NCBI GenBank assembly: GCA_902761655.1
Contig: CACWLD010000003.1
Coordinates: 8,448-72,447 of the forward strand
DNA: 64,000 bases
Direction of reading: 5' to 3'
Origin: an uncultured Bacteroidia bacterium
GTDB lineage: Bacteria > Bacteroidota > Bacteroidia > Bacteroidales > UBA932
In this document: positions 47,369 to 56,831 of the stretch, piece by piece
Numbering within the stretch: the first letter of the stretch is position 1
Layout of the letters: every line of letters begins with the position of its first letter
Made by a program: the position numbers and the translations under genes
The notes under the pieces: generated by a model
The model's database searches: none
The model's input: only the letters and a program-made list of their open reading frames with translations
Told to the model about the DNA's origin: nothing

Positions 47369-49975
47369 ATGAAAAAGATTCTTTCATTTATTGGAATGGC
47401 TGTCGCCAGCATTGCAGCCTTCGCACAGAACCCTATCACTTCGGTGATGTACACCCCAGATCCAGCTCCGTACGTACACGACGGCAAGGTCTATATGTTC
47501 GTCGACCACGACGAGGACGACGCCACCAACTACAAGATGAAGGACTGGCTTCTTTTCAGCACGGAGGATATGGTCAACTGGACATATCTCGGCGTACCTG
47601 TCAACACTGCCACATTCCCCTGGGCCAGCCAGGGCAACCGCGCCTGGGCTTCCCAGGCCGTTGAGAAGAACGGCAAATGGTACTGGTATGTGTGCTGTAT
47701 GGCTCCCGGATACGGAGAGTGCCTGGCCGTAGCGGTTGCAGACAACCCTCAGGGCCCCTGGAAGGACGCTATCGGCGGCCCTCTGGCACACGGAGGCGGA
47801 TTCATAGACCCTACCATCTTCATTGACGACGACGGCTCCGCCTGGCTCTTCTGGGGCAACCAGGGCCTGTGGTACGGACAGCTCAACGACGATATGGTAT
47901 CCTTCAAGAACGGATACCAGGAAGTGCCCGGTTACCACGACCCCGCATCATTCGGAGACATATTGCCAAGAACAAAGTGGACCTTAGGAAGGGTCACGGA
48001 TATGACACAGTATGAAGAAGGCCCGTGGGTTACCAAGCGCAACGGCATCTATTACCTGTCTTATGCTGCAGGAGGCATCCCTGAGTATATGGGATACTCC
48101 ACCGCTCCCACCATCAACGGCCCTTGGACGTTCAGGGGGCGCATAATGGACAAGAATCCGAGGAGTATCACCATACACGGCGGAAACATCACCTTCAAAG
48201 GCCGCGACTATATGTTCTACCACACCCCCGAAACCCCTAACGGAGGCAGCTTCCACCGCAGCGCGGCTGTGGAAGAATTCAAGTTCAACGCCGATGGCTC
48301 CATCCCGTTCATCCCTGCAACCGTGGAAGGACCGGAGCCTCTGGGAACCATCAACCCTTACGTTACCATCGAGGCAGAGACAATGGCCGAAAGCTACGGC
48401 GTAAAGGTTGACCGCCTCCCCGGAACCCGCCACTACGTTACCTCAATCCACAACGGAGACTGGATCAGGGTACGCGAAGTGGATTTCGGCGACCAGGAAC
48501 CCACTATGGCCGTAATTGAAATGCTCAATTTCAAGAACCCGGGCAGCATCCAGTTCTACATAGACCAGATGGAAGACGGCCGCCCCATTGCCACCGTTCC
48601 GGTCAACAATGACAATATGATGATCACCGCTCCGGTACGCGGGACAGGAATAACAGGCGTCCACGACGTTTACCTGCTGTTCAGCGGAGGCGACGAGGAA
48701 CTCTTTGACCTTGACTGGTGGAAGTTCAACTCCCACGTAAACCTGCCTCTCATCCAGACAAAGTACACAGCCGATCCCGCACCTATGGTATATGACGGAA
48801 AGGTTTACCTCTACACCACCCACGACGAGGACTACGCCAACGGCTTCGCAATGAAGGACTGGCTGCTTTACACATCGGAGGATATGGTAAACTGGCAGGA
48901 CTACGGCGCAGTGGCCTCCCTCAAGGATTTCAAATGGTACGACGGCGACAACGGCGCCTGGGCCCTCCAGGTTGTGGAGCGCAACGGACAGTTCTATATG
49001 TACTGCCCCATCCACGGCCACGGAATTGGCGTACTTGTGGCTGATTCCCCTTACGGACCGTTCGTAGACCCGCTTGGAGAGCCGCTGGTATGGCAGAAGG
49101 AGCACTGGGAGGACATCGACCCCACCGTATGGATAGACGATGACGGCCAGGCCTATATGTACTGGGGCAACCCCAACGTCTACTGGGCCAAGTTGAACGA
49201 GGATATGATTTCCCTTGGCAGCGAGATCCACAAGCTGGACTACAAGATTGACTACTACCAGGAAGGACCCTGGTTCTACAAGCGTAACGGCAAGTACTAC
49301 CTGGCATTTGCATCCACCTGCTGCCCTGAGGGCATAGGCTACGCGATGAGCGACAGCCCCACCGGCCCGTGGAAGTCAATGGGACACATCATGGACCGCA
49401 CCTGGCGCACGAGGGGTAACCACCCGGGCATCATAGACTACAAGGGCAAGTCCTACGTTTTCGGCCTCAACTATGAGGTAATGCACCTTGAGACCTTCCG
49501 TCACCACGAAAGGCGCAGCGTTTCCGCAGCTGAAATGCACTACAACCCGGACGGAAGCATCCAGAAGGTGCCTTACTGGCAGGACAACGTCCTTGAGCAG
49601 ATACAGCCGTTCAACCCCTTCCGCAAGGTAGAGGCAGAGACAATGTCCTGGGGATACGGCCTCAAGACCTCCAAGATGGGAAGGATGATCACTGTCACTG
49701 ACATTGACCCCGGCGAGCACCTTAAAGTATCCGGAGTCGATTTCAAGAGAGGGGCCAAGACCCTTACAATGAACGTCAACGCTATCCGCCCTGCCGCAGT
49801 GGAAATAAGGCTCGACACTGAAAACGGCCCTCTTGTAGGCACAATGAACATCAGCGACACAAAGGGATCCTTCAAGAATTTCTCCTGCTCCCTCAAGGGT
49901 GCATCAGGTGTTCACGACCTCTTCTTCGTCTTCAAGGGCGAAGGCTTCGACTGGGACTGGTGGCAGATGAAATAA
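47369..49975 (+). CDS. glycoside hydrolase family 43 enzyme with a doubled GH43-CBM6-like architecture
   Basis: Two homologous halves. The first: YTPDPAPYVHDGKVYMFVDHDED...MKDWLLFSTEDMVNW. The second: YTADPAPMVYDGKVYLYTTHDED...MKDWLLYTSEDMVNW. Each is followed by an (I/V)EAETM...VDF carbohydrate-binding-like module. Confidence 0.85.
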   Translation: MKKILSFIGMAVASIAAFAQNPITSVMYTPDPAPYVHDGKVYMFVDHDEDDATNYKMKDWLLFSTEDMVNWTYLGVPVNTATFPWASQGNRAWASQAVEKNGKWYWYVCCMAPGYGECLAVAVADNPQGPWKDAIGGPLAHGGGFIDPTIFIDDDGSAWLFWGNQGLWYGQLNDDMVSFKNGYQEVPGYHDPASFGDILPRTKWTLGRVTDMTQYEEGPWVTKRNGIYYLSYAAGGIPEYMGYSTAPTINGPWTFRGRIMDKNPRSITIHGGNITFKGRDYMFYHTPETPNGGSFHRSAAVEEFKFNADGSIPFIPATVEGPEPLGTINPYVTIEAETMAESYGVKVDRLPGTRHYVTSIHNGDWIRVREVDFGDQEPTMAVIEMLNFKNPGSIQFYIDQMEDGRPIATVPVNNDNMMITAPVRGTGITGVHDVYLLFSGGDEELFDLDWWKFNSHVNLPLIQTKYTADPAPMVYDGKVYLYTTHDEDYANGFAMKDWLLYTSEDMVNWQDYGAVASLKDFKWYDGDNGAWALQVVERNGQFYMYCPIHGHGIGVLVADSPYGPFVDPLGEPLVWQKEHWEDIDPTVWIDDDGQAYMYWGNPNVYWAKLNEDMISLGSEIHKLDYKIDYYQEGPWFYKRNGKYYLAFASTCCPEGIGYAMSDSPTGPWKSMGHIMDRTWRTRGNHPGIIDYKGKSYVFGLNYEVMHLETFRHHERRSVSAAEMHYNPDGSIQKVPYWQDNVLEQIQPFNPFRKVEAETMSWGYGLKTSKMGRMITVTDIDPGEHLKVSGVDFKRGAKTLTMNVNAIRPAAVEIRLDTENGPLVGTMNISDTKGSFKNFSCSLKGASGVHDLFFVFKGEGFDWDWWQMK

Positions 49976-49983
49976 ACGGATTC

Positions 49984-51267
49984 CTAACGGATATCCATTA
50001 CATATACGTTTTGCGGCGGGCAGTCTGAAAGCTGCTCGCCGTCTCCTTGTCCGGCGTTCTGGACAAAGAGAGTAATGCCCTCTCCCCGCTTGAGGGCTTC
50101 GTAATCCAAAGATGGTTCCCACTCTCCAACCGGGAAATCTGTCAGTTCAAGGAGTTCCCATTTGCCGGAAGACAGCTTGCCTGTATGGAACGCGGAAACC
50201 TTGGAGCCGAATTCTTCCGCACGGAAGAAATAGTATACGCCTTCTTTGGTAACCGCCAGCTGAGGCCTGGCGATGGGCACCTTTTTGGTGCCGCCGCCCG
50301 CCAGGCTGAAAGGCTGGGACAACTGCCCAACCGTGTCCTGGTTCCATTTGCGGCCGTCGTGCCAAATCAGGCGGTATTGGGGGATGCCAGTGTCGTCGGA
50401 TGTCCAATATGAGGCAATGTATGGATGCCCGGAGGCATCGGCTGTCATAGAGGTCTGGTTCATCAAGTCGCTTTCCTGAGGAATGCGGCAGGCATATTCG
50501 GCTGAGGAAAGGGTTATTGGCAGGTCATAGCGGGTGCCGTCAGTTCGCTGCCAACTGACTCCTGCATCGGGAGAATATGCATAGCACATATCGTGGTTGG
50601 TGGATACGTCCCAGGTCTCCCTCCATACCCAGGAAAGATGGATGCCGTCTTTTGAATCGACGTACATCTGGGGATAGGCGTTGCGCCGGCCCTCGCCGTC
50701 TATGAGGACATCCTGTACGCGCTTCCACCGTTTTTGCTGGAGGTTGTAGCGGTTCAGTACCAGGTTTCCCCGCCCGGATTCCCCGTCCCGGTAGAAGAAC
50801 AGCAGGCCCCCATTGGAGAGGCGGTGGAATTCAGGGTAAGTGACATCGGCTTCGCCCGTCCCTGTCATTGGCTGGAGTTCACCCATCACGGCGCTGTAGG
50901 GCTCAAGGCTTCGGCAGTACTTCAGCGGGGCTGAATGCATATCGAAAGCCATATGAAGGAAGCCTTCGCCGTCCAGGGCGATGCTTATTACATTGTGGGC
51001 ATCGGCCGTATGGCCTTTATACTGGGTACGCGTCACATCCCAGGTGTCACTCCCTTGTTTCTGGAAGGCGATGTTCACGTATGAATCTGCATCATAAAAA
51101 GCAGCGGCCCGGTAATACCCGTCGCTTGTGACCGATGCGCCGCGGAATACGCAGGTATTTACCGTGGTGGCTGCGAAGCCCTCCCCTATGCATTGCAATG
51201 AACAGTCAGGCTTGACGGCGCAAGAGGCTGCCAATGCCAACAAGATTAATATTCTGCCAATTCTCAT
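49984..51267 (-). CDS. BNR (Asp-box) repeat protein, BNR_4-like
   Basis: Lipoprotein-like signal LLALAASC. Asp-box SPDAGVSW. HNVISIALDGEGFLHMAFDMH resembles the BNR_4 family as I recall it. Confidence 0.55.
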   Translation of the reverse strand: MRIGRILILLALAASCAVKPDCSLQCIGEGFAATTVNTCVFRGASVTSDGYYRAAAFYDADSYVNIAFQKQGSDTWDVTRTQYKGHTADAHNVISIALDGEGFLHMAFDMHSAPLKYCRSLEPYSAVMGELQPMTGTGEADVTYPEFHRLSNGGLLFFYRDGESGRGNLVLNRYNLQQKRWKRVQDVLIDGEGRRNAYPQMYVDSKDGIHLSWVWRETWDVSTNHDMCYAYSPDAGVSWQRTDGTRYDLPITLSSAEYACRIPQESDLMNQTSMTADASGHPYIASYWTSDDTGIPQYRLIWHDGRKWNQDTVGQLSQPFSLAGGGTKKVPIARPQLAVTKEGVYYFFRAEEFGSKVSAFHTGKLSSGKWELLELTDFPVGEWEPSLDYEALKRGEGITLFVQNAGQGDGEQLSDCPPQNVYVMDIR

Positions 51268-51698
51268 ATCAAAAGCGAGTATTGCTCCGGTGTCATAACA
51301 TTGGGAAGGCTGATGGTTTCCATAAGGCCCTTCTTTATCTTGAAATCTCCCGGGTTATGGGTCAGGATGACCTGACAACCGCAGGAGGCGGCACAGGCGG
51401 CTTGCATTATATCTTCAAAGTCAGGGCCTTCCATCAGCAAGGCCGATTGGAACTGACTGTTGTCCATTGGAATTACTTCTACTATGGACGATATTTGTTT
51501 CAAGGTTGGGACAATAAGGTTCTGCGGAATGGTCTTGCGCAGTACATATGCTATGTTGGCCATTGACAGGATAGAGATGCATACGGTTATTTCTCCATCC
51601 TCCTGCATCTGCAGGAGCCTGGCCGCATATTGATAGCCCGGCCTCTCCTGTATGAGGTCAAGCATTATGTTGGTATCGAAGAATATCCGCGGTTTCAT
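51264..51698 (-). CDS. PIN-domain toxin (VapC-like)
   Basis: IFFDTNIMLDL (first acidic residue), FEDIMQ, and ILTHNPGDF. About 144 aa. It overlaps the upstream small gene by 4 nt. Confidence 0.75.
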   Translation of the reverse strand: MKPRIFFDTNIMLDLIQERPGYQYAARLLQMQEDGEITVCISILSMANIAYVLRKTIPQNLIVPTLKQISSIVEVIPMDNSQFQSALLMEGPDFEDIMQAACAASCGCQVILTHNPGDFKIKKGLMETISLPNVMTPEQYSLLI

Positions 51699-51955
51699 TT
51701 TGACAGGATATAATTAAGCCTTTCATCTTCAATGGAATCCAAAGGGACAGAAGGCTTTGCAATTCCTATAAGCGAGATAATCCTTTCATCGGACACCCCT
51801 TCAGGAACAGCATTGTCCCAGTGGCGGGAATCTTCTTCAAGAAGGTCCTCTATATATCTCTTTAAGGAGACCCCTTTCCGGCGTGCCTTCCGGCTCAGGG
51901 CCTCAAATACAGACAGTTTGATGTCTATCAGTTTTCTTGTAGCCGCTCCTTGCAT
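51695..51955 (-). CDS. putative antitoxin (ribbon-helix-helix-like)
   Basis: An 86-aa protein, KLIDIKLSVFEALSRKARRKGVSLKRYIEDLLEED, upstream of and overlapping the PIN gene. The start is set at the Met downstream of the -7 box. Confidence 0.5.
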   Translation of the reverse strand: MQGAATRKLIDIKLSVFEALSRKARRKGVSLKRYIEDLLEEDSRHWDNAVPEGVSDERIISLIGIAKPSVPLDSIEDERLNYILSK

Positions 51956-51969
51956 ATATATACTTTTTA

Positions 51970-51977
51970 CAAAGATA
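51970..51977 (-). promoter_or_regulatory. -7 box TATCTTTG for the antitoxin-toxin(-BNR) unit
   Basis: The reverse complement of caaagata, 15 nt upstream of the ATG at 51955. Confidence 0.5.
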
Positions 51978-51992
51978 TATATTTTTCTTAAC

Positions 51993-52033
51993 AAAAGAAG
52001 AGGCAGCTGATATCTTCAACCGCCTCTTCTTTT
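51993..52033 (-). terminator. terminator after GH95
   Basis: AAAAGAAGAGGC (51993..52004) pairs with GCCTCTTCTTTT (52022..52033). It is T-rich on the minus strand. Confidence 0.5.
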
Positions 52034-52053
52034 AAAATCCCTATGAACTTGTA

Positions 52054-54411
52054 TTAGTTAAGGTCCGGGCCCAATTTTATGGACTTGCCTGCTGCCAGGT
52101 TGAAGTCCTTTGTCTTGCCGGCATATCTTACGGTAAACGGGTGTCCCAGGGTTGACTTGATCTCACAGGATGTCATCTTTCCGTCCTTCCAATTGATGCT
52201 CACCTCGTACCCGCCTCTGGCCTTGAGACCGCTTACAGAGCCTTCCGGCCAAGTTGGCAGAAGTGCGGGGAGAATGTTGATTTCTCCATCGTGGCTCTGG
52301 AGGAGGCACTCAGCCATAGCTGCGGTAAGTCCGAAGTTGATGTCAGACTGGTTGGAACCTGAGAAGTGGAGGTTGTTGCCAAAGCCGCTCCTGCTGCGGG
52401 CGGGACTCATTACAATCTTACGCAGGATCTCATCCGCCTTTGCTCCGTTCTCTAGCCTTGCCCACTGGCTGATGTCAATGGCGCTGTTCCAGAATACGGT
52501 TACAGGGCGCGGTTCCAGCCAGGTCTCAACTGCCTTGGCAAGTTCCGGGGTTCCCCTGAGGGTGATGGAGTTACCCGGATAGAGTCCCCAGGTGCCGGAC
52601 CAGTTGTGGTTCTCACGGCCGCGGGTCCAGTCCTCGATCCATCCCTGGAGCATTCCGTTCTTGCCAATCATATATGGCGGAATCTTCTCCAGTGCGTCTG
52701 CAAGCTTGGCGCTGAAATCGCTGTCTACGTTCAGGAGCTTTGAAGCCTCTATACAGTGAGGGAAGAGGTCCTTGATCAAGGCGATGTCCATTGTGGTACA
52801 AGGCGCAAGGAACTGCTCCTCAGGATTGCCCTCAAGGTAATAGCCCTGCTCAGGCGACATTGAGAACGGGATTGTCAGGTATCCGTAGTTGGGATTCTCC
52901 GCGAGGATGTCCAGGACGAACTGGGCGGAGCCCTTCATTATTGGATAATACTTCTTAAGGAAGTCGATGTCCTCCGTAAAGAGGTAGTGCTCCCAGATAT
53001 GCTGGCACAGCCATACGCCGCTCATAGGCCACATACCATAGCGGGCGGCGTCTACCGGCGCCGTACCGCGCCAGAGGTCAGTGTTGTGGTGGGATACCCA
53101 GCCGCCGGCACCGTAATACAACTTGGCGGTTTCCGCTCCATTCTCAGCAAGGTCCTCGATCAGATGGAACAGAGGGGCGGTGCACTCTGAGAGGTTGGTG
53201 ACCTCTGTCGGCCAGTAGTTCATCTCCGTGTTTACGTTCAGGGTATATTTGCTTCCCCAGTTAGGAAGCAGGTCCTGAAGCCAGCGGCCCTGGAGGTTGG
53301 CAGGCTCGCTGCCCTCACGGCTGCTGGATACTGTGATATAGCGTCCAAACTGGAAGAACTTTGTCTGGAGGTCTGAATCCTGGCCGCCTTCCTTGAGGAC
53401 TGCAAGACGTTCATTTGTAGGCTTGCTGTTTGCGGAACCGTCACCGACGGTAAGGTGGACGCGGCTCATAAGGCCGGAGAAGTCCTTTACGTGTGTCTCC
53501 TTGAACTGCTTGTAGCTCTTTCCCTGGACGGCTGCGAGAACCTTGTCACAGCGGGCACCGGGATCTCCGCTTATGTCCTTGTAGTTTACGAAGTTGGTGG
53601 CTATGGTCAGCACAAAAGTGACTGAATTGGCATCTGAGATTACCAGGCTGGTATCAGTGGCGGCCAGGGTGCCCTTCTCCGGAATTGCAACCACATCCGT
53701 CTGATAGCTCATTCCGTCGCCTTCAACCTTGGCAATCAAGTCGAATACCCTGGTGGGGAGATAGCTCCACGTTCCGTTCATTGTAAGGCGGTTGCCACTG
53801 GCAGCTTTTTTCCTGCAGAAAGGGCTGTCCAGCCTCGCCTCTACATTCACCTTGCCGGGTTTGTCGGCAGATACCTTCATTACCATCACGTGATCAGGAT
53901 ATGACATAAACACCTCACGGGTCATCTTGACATCACCCTCTTTATAGGTAACGGTCACGATACCCGTTTCCATATCCAGCTCGCGGTAGTAATCCGTAAC
54001 AGGACCCGCCGGCTTGAAATCCAGGAGGAAATCGCCAACAGGGGCATAGGTCTGCTGGTTTGCCGGCTTTCCATAGAAATGCTCGTTAACCAGTTTCTCT
54101 GCCTCCTTGTATTTCTTGTCGTACATCAGCTGCTTGATCTGGTCGTAGTAATTGTGGGCCTCGGGATCATTGTAGTCGTGGGGACGGCCGGACCAGAAGG
54201 TAGACTCGTTAAGCGCAACGCGCTCATTCTCAGTCCTTCCGAATACATTTCCGCCCATATAGCCGTTACCGATGAACAGGCCGTCAAGCCAGACATCTCC
54301 GGCGGGCTCGTTGTACCAGAGAACCATCTCCCTGCTCGATTTGGGGGTGGATTCAGAGCAGGAAACCAACGTGGCTACGGCCACGCACAATAGAAACAGT
54401 ATCCTTTTCAT
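52054..54411 (-). CDS. glycoside hydrolase family 95 (alpha-L-fucosidase/alpha-L-galactosidase type)
   Basis: LWYNEPAGDVWLDGLFIGNGYMGGNVFGRTENERVALNESTFWSGRP, NVNTEMNYWP and HHNTDLW blocks typical of GH95. Confidence 0.85.
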   Translation of the reverse strand: MKRILFLLCVAVATLVSCSESTPKSSREMVLWYNEPAGDVWLDGLFIGNGYMGGNVFGRTENERVALNESTFWSGRPHDYNDPEAHNYYDQIKQLMYDKKYKEAEKLVNEHFYGKPANQQTYAPVGDFLLDFKPAGPVTDYYRELDMETGIVTVTYKEGDVKMTREVFMSYPDHVMVMKVSADKPGKVNVEARLDSPFCRKKAASGNRLTMNGTWSYLPTRVFDLIAKVEGDGMSYQTDVVAIPEKGTLAATDTSLVISDANSVTFVLTIATNFVNYKDISGDPGARCDKVLAAVQGKSYKQFKETHVKDFSGLMSRVHLTVGDGSANSKPTNERLAVLKEGGQDSDLQTKFFQFGRYITVSSSREGSEPANLQGRWLQDLLPNWGSKYTLNVNTEMNYWPTEVTNLSECTAPLFHLIEDLAENGAETAKLYYGAGGWVSHHNTDLWRGTAPVDAARYGMWPMSGVWLCQHIWEHYLFTEDIDFLKKYYPIMKGSAQFVLDILAENPNYGYLTIPFSMSPEQGYYLEGNPEEQFLAPCTTMDIALIKDLFPHCIEASKLLNVDSDFSAKLADALEKIPPYMIGKNGMLQGWIEDWTRGRENHNWSGTWGLYPGNSITLRGTPELAKAVETWLEPRPVTVFWNSAIDISQWARLENGAKADEILRKIVMSPARSRSGFGNNLHFSGSNQSDINFGLTAAMAECLLQSHDGEINILPALLPTWPEGSVSGLKARGGYEVSINWKDGKMTSCEIKSTLGHPFTVRYAGKTKDFNLAAGKSIKLGPDLN

Positions 54412-54489
54412 AGGTATCAGATTTTAGTGTAATTTTCCTGCTTACAATTTAAGCAATGATTATCCGGAAAACAAGTAATAAAAATGCTT

Positions 54490-56727
54490 TTACTTGTACT
54501 TTTCTGTGCGTGCGTCCGAGATGACTCCTGACCAGTTGAGTCCAAAGGCAAAGTCATAGGTATTGCCGTCAGTATCCTTGTGGCAGCGCATATCACGGGG
54601 AACGTCTTCATACTGCTCCTCTACGGTACGCATATCTGCAGGAAGCTGCATAGGGAGCAGGCCGGAAGGTTCGTTGGCACCGCTGATCGTCTCCATTATT
54701 GCCTGGTTCTGAATCCCGAAGGAAAGGAGGATGGCATCGCAGTAGCTCTCTATCTCGCTCATCACCATCGGTCTGGAAATGCTTATGACAGCGACCACCG
54801 GCTTGTTCCCCATAGCCTTCTTTGTGTCGCGCACCAGCTCCATCTGGGATTTGTTGGATGTGGATACGGTCTTGCCCTTGTAGCTGCGGTTGGTGAAATT
54901 CTCAAGAGGATCTCCACCGGCAATGCTGGTTTCGCGGGCGTAATCTGCAGTATAGTCATTGTATTGCAGGCTGATAGGTACATAGCCGTTGCCGCCGGCA
55001 TTGCGGTCTTCTACGCTGTATCCGCTGCCGGACGCCGGGGCCTGGACGAACACTATCGCAAAGTCAGCGTCCTTTGGATCGGACACCTTGTCATAATACT
55101 TCAGGACCATTGATTCAGCCACAGGGTCAGTCAACCTTGTGGCGCCGCGACCGGTGGAAGGAACCTGCGGGATAAAAACCTTTGCACGGCTCTTCTGCGG
55201 CAGGACTCCGGCGTGGTTCTTAAGCATAACAATGGATTTGAGCTGGGCCTTGTATCCAGCCTCCATAAATTCCGGCTTGCCAACCGTGGCCGCAGTGGCA
55301 GCAGGGTCAAGATATGCGTTCTCGAACAGACCGGTACGGAAAATATTCATCAACAGGCGCACCGCAGACTGCTCGAAGCGCTTGCGCGCAGCCTTCTCCC
55401 CATACTTCTCCACCCACATATTGTAGGCTTCGATCACGGGCCCCTTCTCGTTGTTGCCGCCAAACTGGTCCACTCCGGCCTCTATCACCTTGAAATGGCG
55501 CTCCGCCTCGGTCAGGGTCTCGTTGCCCCAGCATTTGCCCTCAAAACCCTCTACGTGGAAGTAATCCTTTGTAATGTTCCAGTCAGTGCAAACCACTCCG
55601 TCAAAATCAAAGGTGTCGCGCAGCAGGTCAGTTATGATGTACTTGCTGTAACTGTTCCCATTCTGCTCCCCTGAGGGATCCTGATTATAGGAAATTGTGT
55701 AATATGGCATTACGGCAGATGCCATTGCCGTCTTCCCCTTAAGCTTCAGCGCTCCCTCCACAAAAGGCTTCATCTGGGTTTGAAGGTTGTCTCCCGGATA
55801 TACGGCGTACTTGCCGTAGCTGTAGTGGGCGTCGCGCCCTCCTTCTTCCGGGCCTCCGGACGGCCAGTGCTTTATCATTGCGTTGACGGACTCGTAGCCC
55901 CATCCGCCGTTTATCTCTGCTTTTCCGGAAGAAGACTGGAAACCGTCCACATACGCACGGGCCATATCCGTATCAAGGTCGGGATCCTCACCAAAAGTGC
56001 CGTTAAAGCGGCTCCAGCGAGGCTCCGTGGCCAAATCTATCTGCGGCGACAGCGCAGTGGCAATTCCCAGCGCGCGATACTCCACCGATGCTATCCGCCC
56101 GAATTCCTCCACCAGGGAAGGATCGAAGGTGGCGGCCATTCCAAGGGACGACGGCCACATTGAAATCCTTCCGCCGTTGCCGGCGTCGTATTCTGCCGTG
56201 GCCTGCGCCCCGTGGCGCGGGTCGGAAGAATTGTTCGCAGGAATCCCGTGGCCCAGGCCCTCCACGAACGCCTGCACGTTGTTGTTCCAACGAGCGGCGT
56301 CCTCCGGAGAGGAAACGCTGGTCATAAGGACCGCGCGCAGGTTGTCCTCTTCCAGGAACTTCTTCTGCGCTGCGGTGATGTCAGGTCCGTTGATGGCCTG
56401 ATGGCCGCTGTAAAGCATCAGACCGGCAATCTCGTCAATTGACAGCTGGGATGCCAGGTCCTCTGCACGGGCCTTTGCAGGCTTGCGCCAGTCTTCGTAT
56501 GTATCCAGCTCGCCGTTACGGTTAAGGTCCTTGAAGGCATAGCCTCCCTTGGTCAGCAGGGTCACGCCGGAAGAAGGGCTGTAGCCCAATGTACTGCCTT
56601 TCTTCTGAATTACCAGATTAAATCCGTCCTTGCCCGTCTCCTGCCATTTAGGGCCGCAGGAAGCAAATACGGCAGCCGCCGCTGCAAGCGCCACGGCCTT
56701 CAGTAAACATACGCCAGACTTTTTCAT
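54490..56727 (-). CDS. glycoside hydrolase family 3 (beta-glucosidase/beta-xylosidase type)
   Basis: Lipoprotein signal AAAVFASC. IKHWPSGGPEEGGRD and GVVCTDW (nucleophile Asp). The start is set at MKKSGVCLL. Confidence 0.88.
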   Translation of the reverse strand: MKKSGVCLLKAVALAAAAAVFASCGPKWQETGKDGFNLVIQKKGSTLGYSPSSGVTLLTKGGYAFKDLNRNGELDTYEDWRKPAKARAEDLASQLSIDEIAGLMLYSGHQAINGPDITAAQKKFLEEDNLRAVLMTSVSSPEDAARWNNNVQAFVEGLGHGIPANNSSDPRHGAQATAEYDAGNGGRISMWPSSLGMAATFDPSLVEEFGRIASVEYRALGIATALSPQIDLATEPRWSRFNGTFGEDPDLDTDMARAYVDGFQSSSGKAEINGGWGYESVNAMIKHWPSGGPEEGGRDAHYSYGKYAVYPGDNLQTQMKPFVEGALKLKGKTAMASAVMPYYTISYNQDPSGEQNGNSYSKYIITDLLRDTFDFDGVVCTDWNITKDYFHVEGFEGKCWGNETLTEAERHFKVIEAGVDQFGGNNEKGPVIEAYNMWVEKYGEKAARKRFEQSAVRLLMNIFRTGLFENAYLDPAATAATVGKPEFMEAGYKAQLKSIVMLKNHAGVLPQKSRAKVFIPQVPSTGRGATRLTDPVAESMVLKYYDKVSDPKDADFAIVFVQAPASGSGYSVEDRNAGGNGYVPISLQYNDYTADYARETSIAGGDPLENFTNRSYKGKTVSTSNKSQMELVRDTKKAMGNKPVVAVISISRPMVMSEIESYCDAILLSFGIQNQAIMETISGANEPSGLLPMQLPADMRTVEEQYEDVPRDMRCHKDTDGNTYDFAFGLNWSGVISDARTEKYK

Positions 56728-56763
56728 AAGGATATCATTATGTGGTTGTCTTTCAAATATAAT

Positions 56764-56804
56764 CAAAAAAGACAAAAAAGAAGCGGCTGATTTATGTCAG
56801 CCGC
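56764..56804 (-). terminator. terminator after the GGGtGRT gene
   Basis: GCGGCTGA (56783..56790) pairs with TCAGCCGC (56797..56804). On the minus strand it is followed by TTCTTTTTTGTCTTTTTT. Confidence 0.7.
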
Positions 56805-56831
56805 CTCCGCTTGTATAGAATCAGGTGTTGA

